From the sequence record SRR20825019_2389: a stretch of 51,357 nucleotides of DNA; one strand, written 5' to 3'. Below are positions 1-8,998 of the stretch, piece after piece (the stretch's first letter is position 1; each line of letters opens with the position of its first letter). The notes beneath the pieces were generated by a model. That model was not told where the DNA came from, did not search any database, and saw only the letters and a program-made list of their open reading frames with translations. Made by a program: the position numbers and the translations under genes.

Positions 1-1728
1 CGGCCCCATAACCAGAAGGTTGGTCTGATAACTTACCGGTGTGGCGAAGGAGCAGTTGGCAGCAAAAATAACCGTCACCACAAAAGGCAAGGCAGGAAGC
101 TCCAGCTGGTTCGCCATATCCACCGCGATAGGCGTGAACAGGATGGCGGTTGTGTTGTTGCTGAGGATATTTGAAATTACCGCAATAAGGATAAACAGCG
201 CCGAGAGCATAACCGGTGCAGATGCACCCTGAAACGTCTCAACCAAACCCATGGCCAGAAACGCGGCACCGCCGGATGCCTCCATCGCTGCGCCCATACC
301 AAGAGCCGCAGCCACCAGCAGATAGACCCGGCGATTCACTGCCCGGCTGGCCTGATGCACCGTCAGGCAACCACTTGTTACCATCAGGAAAGCGCCGCCG
401 ACTGCGGCAATAACAATAGGCAACAGTCCACTTGCAGACGCAAACACAGTGCCAAGAAAAATAAGCCGCGCAGCCCATTTTTTACCCTTGTCAAGGATAG
501 CGTGGCCCGACCACTCCATCAAAACCACATCGCGGTTATTGCGCAGCGCCCGCATCTGGCCCGCGTTACCGCATACCAGCAGGATATCACCCGCTTCAAG
601 GCGAATGCCATACAGGCTGCTGCGCGGCATTCTCGTTTTCCGCTGCACACCGATGATCATACTGCCCCCCGCCAGAGTCGCGCCCGCCTCTTGCAAGGTT
701 CGTCCCTCAAGGGCTGAGGCAGGCGCCACCAGCACTTCATAAAGGTGCGGCACTTCCGCACTTGCGCCGTTCTGGTGCGGCTCCCACACGACACGGCCAC
801 CCCAAAGCATGCCGGTGTCTTCGCTCAGAATATCGTGCAACTGGTCACGGGTCAGCGCGCCAGTCACCACATCGCCTGTCTTGAGGCTGACATCTTCAAA
901 CGGCGGCAGGAAAACCTCACCCCGCCGCTCAATCAACCTGACCGTCAGAGCCTCAAGCCCCGGCAGCATACCCGCAACCGCTGTTCTGCCAACATAGGGG
1001 CTGCTTGAGCGTAAATGCAGCTGTACAATAAACTGCCTGCCGTGATGGCCGTGGCTGTCGTCAGGCGCTTTTGCGCGCGATTTCAACAAATGGGGTGCAG
1101 CCAGCGACAGATAACAAAATCCCACCAAGGCCATCACGAGGCCCGGCACCGTAAAGTCAAAAAAACCGATTTCGTCACCGGTCAGAAACAGATAGCTGCC
1201 CGCGACAAGCAGGTTGGTGCTGGTGCCCAAAAGTGTTGTCATCCCGCCAAGAATGGCCGCAAAACTAAGCGGCATCAGCACCCTGCCCGGTGTATCGCCG
1301 AGCTTGTTGGCCAGCACGATCATCACCGGCAAGAACATGACCACAACCGGTGTATCGTTGAGAAACGCACTAAGCACCATCACAAACATCAGGCACAACA
1401 ACACAAGGGTTCTGGGGCGATGGCGGCCATAGCGCAGCAACAAGGTGGTTGGCCCCTCAAATGCTGCCGTCTGGCTCATGCCCTGCCCGATCACCATAAG
1501 CGCGAGGATGGTAATAACAGCCGGGTGTGCAAAACCCGCAAGCAGTTCCATGCTCGTCAGCGTCTCGTCACCGTCAAGCGGGATGAAATAGAATATCAGC
1601 AACAATGTGACGAGCGCCCCGAGCGATATGATCTCAACAGAGAACCGCTCGCTGGCATAAAAAGATATGGCCCCGACAATGACTGCAAACGTCAGCCACA
1701 TATGGATCGAAGACATAACAACGTCCAT
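1..1728 (-). CDS. SLC13/DASS-family permease with TrkA-C domains (3' end runs off the window)
   Basis: Not in the ORF track because it has no stop in the window. Segments translated by hand: MDVVMSSIHMWLTFAVIVG..., SAFLNDTPVVVMFLP, LSFAAILGGMTTLLGTSTNLLVAG and C-terminal FATPVSYQTNLLVMGP. GGAGG RBS precedes ATG 1728. Confidence 0.9.
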   Translation of the reverse strand, partial: MDVVMSSIHMWLTFAVIVGAISFYASERFSVEIISLGALVTLLLIFYFIPLDGDETLTSMELLAGFAHPAVITILALMVIGQGMSQTAAFEGPTTLLLRYGRHRPRTLVLLCLMFVMVLSAFLNDTPVVVMFLPVMIVLANKLGDTPGRVLMPLSFAAILGGMTTLLGTSTNLLVAGSYLFLTGDEIGFFDFTVPGLVMALVGFCYLSLAAPHLLKSRAKAPDDSHGHHGRQFIVQLHLRSSSPYVGRTAVAGMLPGLEALTVRLIERRGEVFLPPFEDVSLKTGDVVTGALTRDQLHDILSEDTGMLWGGRVVWEPHQNGASAEVPHLYEVLVAPASALEGRTLQEAGATLAGGSMIIGVQRKTRMPRSSLYGIRLEAGDILLVCGNAGQMRALRNNRDVVLMEWSGHAILDKGKKWAARLIFLGTVFASASGLLPIVIAAVGGAFLMVTSGCLTVHQASRAVNRRVYLLVAAALGMGAAMEASGGAAFLAMGLVETFQGASAPVMLSALFILIAVISNILSNNTTAILFTPIAVDMANQLELPALPFVVTVIFAANCSFATPVSYQTNLLVMGP

Positions 1729-1966
1729 CTGCACCTCCCGTTCCAAGGCCCGTCATCACAAGCAATTGGCAACTTAATATAGCAATAAAAACCACACTGG
1801 TTGAGCGAAATCAGACTTAAAGGAAACCATGACCATATAATGGCAGGCGGAGGGCAGGCCATTAGGCCTGCTCGCAACAGCCCATAAGGTCACCTGCGCA
1901 TCACAGGAAAATGCTTTTGAACAAGTACTTGCGGCCTTGGGCATTTGCCCCTATAAGGCCAGCTTG

Positions 1967-2971
1967 ATGAGCAAGCAAACGACCGAAACGGCCTCTTACC
2001 CGCGCGCGGAAGTCTCTCCGCCCTCGGGCCAGCTTTTCCCTCACAAACATCTCCTCGGCATCTGGGCGCTGGACCCCACCGCAATCAAGTATCTGCTTGA
2101 TACGGCGGACGGTTACGCGGAACAGAACAGGCAGGCGAAAAAGTCCACAGACAAGTGTGACGGCCTGACCCAAATCAACCTGTTTTTCGAGAATTCGACC
2201 CGCACGCTGATGAGCTTCGAGATCGCAGGCAAGCGCCTGGGCATGGATGTCACATCCATGTCCACCGGCTCAAGCTCGATCAAGAAGGGGGAAACCCTCC
2301 TTGATACCGCAGCGACGCTGAACGCCATGCACCCGGATGTGCTGGTAATGCGCCATGCAGATAGTGGTGCTGTGAAGCTCCTTTCGGAGAAGATGGACTG
2401 CGCAGTGATCAACGCCGGTGACGGCCGGTCGGAACACCCGACACAGGCACTTCTGGATGCGCTGACCATTCGCCGCCGCAAAGGCAGGATCCACGGCCAG
2501 ACCATTGTGATCTCAGGCGATGTGGCGCACAGCCGGGTTGCCCGCTCGAATATATACCTCCTGAACGCCATGGGCGCACGGGTGCGCCTTGTTGCCCCGC
2601 CGACGCTGCTGCCCAAAGACGTAGACCGGCTGGGCGTGGAAGTTTTCCACCGTATGGACGAAGGCCTGGAGGGCGCGGACGTTGTGATGATGCTCAGGCT
2701 ACAGCAAGAGCGCATGCAGGGCGCTTTCCTGCCCAGCCTGCGCGAATATTACCAGTTCTGGGGCCTGACCCACGAGAAACTGAAATACGCCAAGGACGAT
2801 GTACTTGTGATGCACCCCGGCCCAATGAACCGCGGAGTTGAGATCGCTTCAGACGTTGCAGACGACCTTGACCGTTCCGCGATTGAGGAACAGGTGGAAA
2901 TGGGCGTGGCCGTTCGCATGGCCTGCCTTGATATCCTGACCAAAGGCTTGAGGGGGGAAAGCGACACATGA
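1967..2971 (+). CDS. pyrB: Aspartate carbamoyltransferase catalytic subunit
   Basis: [36 protein letters not shown] and [11 protein letters not shown] motifs. Start moved to ATG 1967. Confidence 0.97.
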   Translation: MSKQTTETASYPRAEVSPPSGQLFPHKHLLGIWALDPTAIKYLLDTADGYAEQNRQAKKSTDKCDGLTQINLFFENSTRTLMSFEIAGKRLGMDVTSMSTGSSSIKKGETLLDTAATLNAMHPDVLVMRHADSGAVKLLSEKMDCAVINAGDGRSEHPTQALLDALTIRRRKGRIHGQTIVISGDVAHSRVARSNIYLLNAMGARVRLVAPPTLLPKDVDRLGVEVFHRMDEGLEGADVVMMLRLQQERMQGAFLPSLREYYQFWGLTHEKLKYAKDDVLVMHPGPMNRGVEIASDVADDLDRSAIEEQVEMGVAVRMACLDILTKGLRGESDT

Positions 2972-4206
2972 GCATCGCTTATATAAATGCCCGCCTAATG
3001 GACCCGAAAACCGGGCTTGATACCAAAGGCACGCTCACCACGAATGGTGAAGTGATCACCGCCTTTGGCGCAGACGTATCTGTGCCGGATGGCGCCGAGG
3101 TTATCGACTGCAAAGGCCATATCCTCTGCCCCGGTTTTATTGATATGCGCGCCCACAGGGTAGACGCAGAATCAGCCCTCAAGGGTGGCATAACCACAGT
3201 GATCCTGCAGCCTGACCAGACCACGGTGATTGATACCGACGCGGTTGTTGAACGCATCCGTCGCCGGTCAGAAGACAGTGAAACCGTGAATGTGTTCCCC
3301 ATGGGGGCGGCAACCCGCTCCATGCGGGGCGAACAGATTGCCGAGATCGGCCAGATGCAGCAGTCTGGCGCTGTGGCGTTCACAGATTGCCGCACGCCAG
3401 TGTCTGATAGCCAGGTCATGCGTAGGCTGCTCGAATACTCGGGCTATTTTGGCGCACTGATCGTACAGTTCGCGGAAGACAAAAGCCTGGCAAGCGGCGC
3501 CGTTGCCCATGAAGGCGAGATCGCCACGCGGCTTGGTCTTACAGGTGTGCCTTCGGCCGCCGAAGTGATCCAAATAGAACGCGATGCACGGTTGGCCGAG
3601 CTTGTTGGTGCCCGCATTCACTTCGCGCTGATTTCAAGCCGCGAAGGGGTGGACGCCATCCGCGCCGCAAAAAAACGCGGGGTGAAGGTCACCTGCTCCA
3701 CCGCACCGCACTATCTGATGCTTAACGATAACGCGCTTGAAGGCTACCGCACTTTTGCGAAAGTACGCCCGCCGCTGCGCTCTGAAGAAGACCGGCTTGC
3801 GCTGATTGCGGGTTTGGCTGACGGCACCATCGATACCATTGTTTCAGACCATGACCCCAAAAGCGCCGATGTGAAGCGCCTGCCTTTTGGTCAGGCCGAT
3901 GAAGGCATGGTCGGGTTTGAGACCATGCTGGCGTTGACGCTTGGCTCTGTGCATTCCGGCAAGGTTGACATGATGACGCTCCTGCGCGCACTCACCAGCA
4001 CACCGGCGGCCCTTCTCGGCCTGCCGTCTGGCAAGCTGGAAGCTGGCGCACCTGCTGATCTGGTGATCTTCGACCCGGATAAACCATGGCGTATCGTGCA
4101 GGACGACCTGCTTTCAAGTGCCAGGAACATGCCGTTTGACACGCTGCCCGTTCAAGGGCAGGTTTGGCGGACGGTTGTTGCAGGCAAAGCACTTTATACT
4201 GCCTGA
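2968..4206 (+). CDS. pyrC: Dihydroorotase-like subunit (probably catalytically inactive PyrC')
   Basis: Amidohydrolase fold ([17 protein letters not shown]); ATGA overlap with pyrB. Several metal-binding His residues are substituted. Confidence 0.88.
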   Translation: MSIAYINARLMDPKTGLDTKGTLTTNGEVITAFGADVSVPDGAEVIDCKGHILCPGFIDMRAHRVDAESALKGGITTVILQPDQTTVIDTDAVVERIRRRSEDSETVNVFPMGAATRSMRGEQIAEIGQMQQSGAVAFTDCRTPVSDSQVMRRLLEYSGYFGALIVQFAEDKSLASGAVAHEGEIATRLGLTGVPSAAEVIQIERDARLAELVGARIHFALISSREGVDAIRAAKKRGVKVTCSTAPHYLMLNDNALEGYRTFAKVRPPLRSEEDRLALIAGLADGTIDTIVSDHDPKSADVKRLPFGQADEGMVGFETMLALTLGSVHSGKVDMMTLLRALTSTPAALLGLPSGKLEAGAPADLVIFDPDKPWRIVQDDLLSSARNMPFDTLPVQGQVWRTVVAGKALYTA

Positions 4207-4280
4207 TGGGTGACAATAGGTAGCAAGCCAGCCCGGGGCAATATGGGGCTGCTTGTTGCTGCGGGAGGGGAGACAAAAGC

Positions 4281-4880
4281 GTGAGCTTTTCCATTGAAGC
4301 ACTGGCCGTGCTTGCCTTGAGTTATCTTTTGGGTGCAGTTCCCTTTGGTCTTGTGTTCACAAAACTTGCGGGCCTTGGCGATATCCGCGAGATCGGCTCC
4401 GGCAACATTGGTGCAACCAACGTATTGCGCACCGGGCGGAAGGACCTCGCCCTCGCAACGCTCCTTCTCGATGCAGGCAAAGGCGCTATCGCCGTGCTGC
4501 TCACCCGCTACTATGTCGCGCCCGAGCTTGCGGCCCTTGCCGGCGCTGCGGCTTTCATCGGGCACTGTTTCCCCGTCTATCTTGGTTTCAAGGGCGGCAA
4601 AGGTGTTGCGACCTTCGTGGGCACGCTGTTTGCTATCTCGTGGATGCTCGGGATCGCGTTTGCCGGGCTTTGGCTGTTGGCCGCGGCCCTCTTCCGTATC
4701 TCGTCCCTCTCGGCGCTTATTGCTTCGCTCCTTTCCCCGCTCGTGGCATTTTATCTGCAACTTGGGCCGGGTTGGATGCCCATCGCTTTCATGACCCTTG
4801 TCATCTATATCCGGCACCGTGACAACATCGCCCGGATAATGAAGGGTGAAGAACCGAAAATAGGCGCCAAGAAGAAATAG
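4281..4880 (+). CDS. plsY: Glycerol-3-phosphate 1-O-acyltransferase
   Basis: GSGNIGATNVLR, GHCFPVYLGFKGGKGVAT and RHRDNIARI motifs; GTG start after GGGAG. Confidence 0.97.
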   Translation: MSFSIEALAVLALSYLLGAVPFGLVFTKLAGLGDIREIGSGNIGATNVLRTGRKDLALATLLLDAGKGAIAVLLTRYYVAPELAALAGAAAFIGHCFPVYLGFKGGKGVATFVGTLFAISWMLGIAFAGLWLLAAALFRISSLSALIASLLSPLVAFYLQLGPGWMPIAFMTLVIYIRHRDNIARIMKGEEPKIGAKKK

Positions 4881-4895
4881 ACCACACCCGGCGGG

Positions 4896-4992
4896 TGAGG
4901 CGAAACACGCCATACTTAACGCCACACTCGCGCCTCACATACGCCGCATAACCACGCACACTTTATTGACATATGTGGCGAAGTTCGCCACA
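4896..4992. repeat. Two TGTGGCG-N5-CGCCACA-type palindromes with phased CGCCACAC-like repeats
   Basis: TGAGGCG-AAACA-CGCCATA at 4896-4914 and TGTGGCGAA-G-TTCGCCACA at 4974-4992. CGCCACAC-like units at 4908, 4920, 4931 and 4942. Confidence 0.6.
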
Positions 4993-4994
4993 GT
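4966..4994 (+). promoter_or_regulatory. Candidate sigma70-type promoter of dprA
   Basis: Perfect TTGACA at 4966-4971, 17-nt spacer, weak -10 (CACAGT). ATG lies 6 nt later with no RBS. Confidence 0.35.
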
Positions 4995-5000
4995 TTCACC

Positions 5001-6140
5001 ATGAACAAAACGGAAACATTGATCAGTTTCTCTGACGAAGAACGACTGGCTCGATTGCGCCTGATCCGCACAGACGGCATTGGCCCTGTACTGTTCCGGC
5101 AACTGATCATGCGGTTCGGGAGCGGTGTTACGGCAGCGGAACAAGCGCCGGAGCTTGCGGCCTCTAGCGGCAGGCGCAAACCATTGCGTATAGCTGATGC
5201 GCGTGATTGCGCGCGCGAGCTTGAGGCCGTCAACCGTTTGGACGCGCAAGCCTTTTTCTGGGGTGAAAGCGCCTACCCCTACCGACTTGCCGCCACTGAA
5301 GATGCACCACCTGTGCTCTATACCCTTGGAAATACTGACCTTTTAAGCCCAACCTCCACGCTTGGCGTGGTGGGTGCCCGAAACGCAAGCGCAAGCGGCA
5401 TCAAGCTCACCGGCATGCTGGCGGGCAAGGTATCGGACGCAGGCACCGTAATCGTATCCGGGCTCGCGCGCGGTATTGACGCTGCGGCCCATAAAGCATC
5501 GCTCAGCGCTACCGTCGCCTGTGTAGCAGGCGGGCTTGATGTGATTTATCCGCGCGAAAATACCGAGCTTTACCATAAGCTTACCAGTGACGGGCTGGTG
5601 GTTAGCGAAATGCCGCCGGGCACACAGCCGCAAGCCCGGCACTTCCCGCGCCGTAACCGCATTATCTCTGGCCTGTCGGACGGGGTATTGATTGTGGAGG
5701 CGGCGCTGCGATCCGGCTCCCTGATCACAGCGCGCTGTGCCCTTGAACAGGGCCGTGATGTATTTGCTGTGCCCGGCTCACCGCTTGACCCGCGCTCCCA
5801 AGGCGCCAACAAACTCCTTAAGGACGGCGCTATACTGGTGGAAAACGCTGATGATATCTTGAATGAGCTGAGCACATGGCACCAAGGCAAACAGCCGATT
5901 CTTCAAGCCGATTTTGATTTCACACCGCGCGAAATCGTCACAACCTCAGAACGTATCAGGACTACGACAGAGACCAGCGAGGGCACCTTACTTTCCCTGC
6001 TGAGCCCAAGTGCCGTACATATAGATGAGGTTATCCGCCTTTCAGGCTTACCGACCGAAGCCGTGTTGTCCGGCTTTCTGGAGTTGGAACTGGCGGGCAA
6101 AATAACGCGTCATGCGGGTGGGAAAGTCAGCCTGAGTTAA
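5001..6140 (+). CDS. dprA: DNA-protecting protein DprA
   Basis: VVGARNAS, VSGLARGIDAAAH, FPRRNRIISGLS and EAALRSGSLITA motifs; C-terminal winged helix. Confidence 0.97.
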   Translation: MNKTETLISFSDEERLARLRLIRTDGIGPVLFRQLIMRFGSGVTAAEQAPELAASSGRRKPLRIADARDCARELEAVNRLDAQAFFWGESAYPYRLAATEDAPPVLYTLGNTDLLSPTSTLGVVGARNASASGIKLTGMLAGKVSDAGTVIVSGLARGIDAAAHKASLSATVACVAGGLDVIYPRENTELYHKLTSDGLVVSEMPPGTQPQARHFPRRNRIISGLSDGVLIVEAALRSGSLITARCALEQGRDVFAVPGSPLDPRSQGANKLLKDGAILVENADDILNELSTWHQGKQPILQADFDFTPREIVTTSERIRTTTETSEGTLLSLLSPSAVHIDEVIRLSGLPTEAVLSGFLELELAGKITRHAGGKVSLS

Positions 6141-6271
6141 GGTTCTCGCCCAATGATATTTTCACAGCTTTTGCAAGAAGGCATTGCATTCCTGCCGTCT
6201 TCGAACTAGGTGAAGGCTTAAAGAGTGGGCCTGATTGGGCATAGCTATCAAGGATAGGGACAGACGGACGT

Positions 6272-8887
6272 ATGAACGTCGTAATCGTAGAATCACCCTC
6301 AAAAGCCAAAACGATCAACAAGTATCTTGGCAAAGATTTCAAGGTGTTAGCCAGCTTTGGCCACATCCGGGACCTGCCATCGAAAGATGGTTCGGTGAAG
6401 CCGAATGAAGACTTTGCGATGGACTGGGTTGTTGACCGCGATTCGAATAAGCGCCTGACCGACATTGCAAAAGCGGTGAAAGACGCTGACCGTCTCTATC
6501 TCGCAACTGACCCCGACCGCGAAGGAGAAGCCATCAGTTGGCACGTGCTTGAGGTGCTTAATAAAAAGAAAGCGCTCAAGGGCGTTGAGATCAAGCGCGT
6601 TGTCTTTAACGAGATCACCAAATCCGCGATCCTGAAGGCGATGGCCGAGCCGCGCGACCTGGACAGCGAGATGGTCAATGCCTACCTCGCCCGCCGTGCG
6701 CTTGACTATCTGGTTGGTTTCACGCTCTCACCGGTTTTGTGGCGCAAGCTGCCCGGTGCTCGTTCTGCGGGCCGTGTTCAATCCGTAGCCCTTAGGCTGG
6801 TTTGTGAGCGCGAAAGCGATATCGAGAAGTTCCGCGCACAGGAATATTGGTCTGTTGAAGCAGCGCTGAACGGCCAGTCTGACAAATCTTTCATCGGGCG
6901 CCTGTTTGCGTTGCACGGTGAGAAGATCAAGAAATACGGCATTGCCAACGAAGCGCAAGCGACCGAGGCTGCAAGCCTTGTTGAGCGCACGCCGCTTACC
7001 GTTACGGCAGTGGAACGAAAACCAGCACGGCGCCACCCGCAACCACCCTTCACCACCTCAACCCTGCAGCAGGAAGCCGCGCGGAAGTATGGTTTCCCCG
7101 CAAACCGCACCATGCGCGTTGCTCAAAGCCTTTATGAGGGTAAAACCATCGGCGGTGAGGTCACGGGTCTCATTACCTATATGCGTACCGACGGCGTGAC
7201 CATCGCGCAGGAAGCCTTGAACGCCACGCGCGGTGTGATTGAATCACGCTACGGCGCCAAATTCCTGCCCGATAGCCCACGGGTTTATAAAACCAAGGCA
7301 AAAAACGCGCAGGAAGCACACGAAGCCATCCGCCCGACTGACCCGATGCGCCGCCCTGCAGATGTATCTCATGCGCTCGACGCAGACGAGATGAAGCTTT
7401 ATGAGCTGATCTGGCGCCGGACGATCGCGAGCCAGATGGAAAGCGCTGTGATGGAGCGCACGACGGTGACGATCCTCAACAGTGACAAGTCTGCCGAACT
7501 GCGCTCAACCGGCACTGTTGTTCAGTTTGAGGGTTTCCTGTCTGTCTATCAGGAAGGCCGTGACGATGACGCAGGTGAAGACGAAGCCCGCCTGCCGAAA
7601 CTGAATGAGGGCGAAGTGCTGACACTTGAACAAGTGACACCGAAACAGCATTTCACCGACCCACCACCACGCTTTACCGAAGCAACCCTTGTCAAAAGGC
7701 TTGAGGAGCTCGGCATTGGCCGCCCTTCAACCTATGCATCCATTCTATCGGTGCTAAGGGAACGCAGCTATGTGCATATGGAGCGCAACCGCTTCATTCC
7801 CGAGGATAAAGGCCGCCTTGTAACGGCCTTCCTTGAGAAATTCTTCCCGCGTTATGTTGAGTATGACTTCACGGCGAACTTGGAAGAGCAGCTTGACCAT
7901 ATTTCTGCGGGCGAAGAAGACTGGAAAGCTGTGCTCCGTGATTTCTGGGCTGCCTTTAAGCCAAAAACAGAAGAAATCCTCGGCGTGCGCAATTCGGAAG
8001 TTATTGATGCGCTTGATGAATATCTTGAGCCAATGCTTTTTGCCGAAAGCGATGAGCCTGGCAAAAACCCACGCAAATGCCCAAGCTGTAGCGACGGCCG
8101 GTTGGGGCTGAAAACAAGCCGGTACGGTGCATTTGTGGGTTGTTCCAACTATCCTGAGTGTAATTACACCCGCCCGTTTGGCAGCAATGGCGACGAAAAC
8201 GGTGAAGGTAGCGACGAACCGGCAAACCTGGGGGAAGACCCTGAGACCGGCGAACCCATCAGCGTGCGTTCCGGCCGGTTTGGCCCGTACATTCAGCTCG
8301 GCGAAGCCCAAAAAGGCGGCGAAAAACCAAAACGCGCCAGCATTCCAAAAGATATGGATGCCGGGAACCTGACACTGGAGCAGGCTATCGCCCTACTCTC
8401 TCTGCCGCGTGAAGTTGGCCTGCACCCTGAAACCGGCAAGATTATCACGGCATCAATCGGTCGTTACGGCCCCTATGTGGCGCATGACGGCAACTACGGT
8501 AAACTGGCCTCAACCGAAGAGGTCTTCTCCGTTGGCCTCAACCGTGCTGTATCTGTAATTGCAGATGCCGCAGCGAAAAAAGGCGGCGGCACCAAAACGG
8601 TCCTCAAGGAACTGGGCGAACACCCGGAAGAGGAAGGCCCGATCCGCGTGCTTGATGGCCGCTATGGCCCTTATGTGAACCATAAGCGAACCAATGCAAC
8701 ACTGCCAAAAGGCACCGAGCCAGAGAGCGTAACGCTTGAGCAGGCGCTGGAATGGCTTGCAGCCAAAGCATCCAAGAAGGGCCCAGCCAAAAAGAAGGCT
8801 GCCCCTAAAAAAGCAGCAGCCAAGAAAACCACGGCCAAAAAGGCGCCCGCTAAAAAGCCAGCAGCAAAGAGCAAAAAAGCGTCCTGA
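6272..8887 (+). CDS. topA: DNA topoisomerase I
   Basis: VIVESPSKAKTI, ATDPDREGEAI, SAGRVQS, GLITYMRTD (catalytic Tyr), one C4 zinc ribbon, C-terminal repeats and a Lys/Ala-rich tail. Confidence 0.98.
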   Translation: MNVVIVESPSKAKTINKYLGKDFKVLASFGHIRDLPSKDGSVKPNEDFAMDWVVDRDSNKRLTDIAKAVKDADRLYLATDPDREGEAISWHVLEVLNKKKALKGVEIKRVVFNEITKSAILKAMAEPRDLDSEMVNAYLARRALDYLVGFTLSPVLWRKLPGARSAGRVQSVALRLVCERESDIEKFRAQEYWSVEAALNGQSDKSFIGRLFALHGEKIKKYGIANEAQATEAASLVERTPLTVTAVERKPARRHPQPPFTTSTLQQEAARKYGFPANRTMRVAQSLYEGKTIGGEVTGLITYMRTDGVTIAQEALNATRGVIESRYGAKFLPDSPRVYKTKAKNAQEAHEAIRPTDPMRRPADVSHALDADEMKLYELIWRRTIASQMESAVMERTTVTILNSDKSAELRSTGTVVQFEGFLSVYQEGRDDDAGEDEARLPKLNEGEVLTLEQVTPKQHFTDPPPRFTEATLVKRLEELGIGRPSTYASILSVLRERSYVHMERNRFIPEDKGRLVTAFLEKFFPRYVEYDFTANLEEQLDHISAGEEDWKAVLRDFWAAFKPKTEEILGVRNSEVIDALDEYLEPMLFAESDEPGKNPRKCPSCSDGRLGLKTSRYGAFVGCSNYPECNYTRPFGSNGDENGEGSDEPANLGEDPETGEPISVRSGRFGPYIQLGEAQKGGEKPKRASIPKDMDAGNLTLEQAIALLSLPREVGLHPETGKIITASIGRYGPYVAHDGNYGKLASTEEVFSVGLNRAVSVIADAAAKKGGGTKTVLKELGEHPEEEGPIRVLDGRYGPYVNHKRTNATLPKGTEPESVTLEQALEWLAAKASKKGPAKKKAAPKKAAAKKTTAKKAPAKKPAAKSKKAS

Positions 8888-8901
8888 CCGGGGCGCTTTT
8901 T
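8874..8901 (+). terminator. Intrinsic terminator candidate over the topA stop
   Basis: AAAAAGCGTCC-loop-GGGCGCTTTTT stem-loop ending in a T-tract. Confidence 0.5.
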
Positions 8902-8998
8902 CGGTTATACAGGCCCGCCCGCTGCACCGCATCACTCATGACTGTTGCCCTAAGCCTGATTTACGGGCTTAATCGGGCAAAAGGAAAGGATACGCCCC

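Noticed and set aside
41-1782. Several + strand ORFs (for example 1015..1782, 255 aa)
   Set aside because: Antisense shadows of the SLC13 permease on the minus strand, which the ORF track missed.
1852-1873. Hairpin GGGCAGGCC-ATTA-GGCCTGCTC upstream of pyrB as a pyrimidine attenuator
   Set aside because: No U-tract, leader peptide or PyrR-binding motif is visible.
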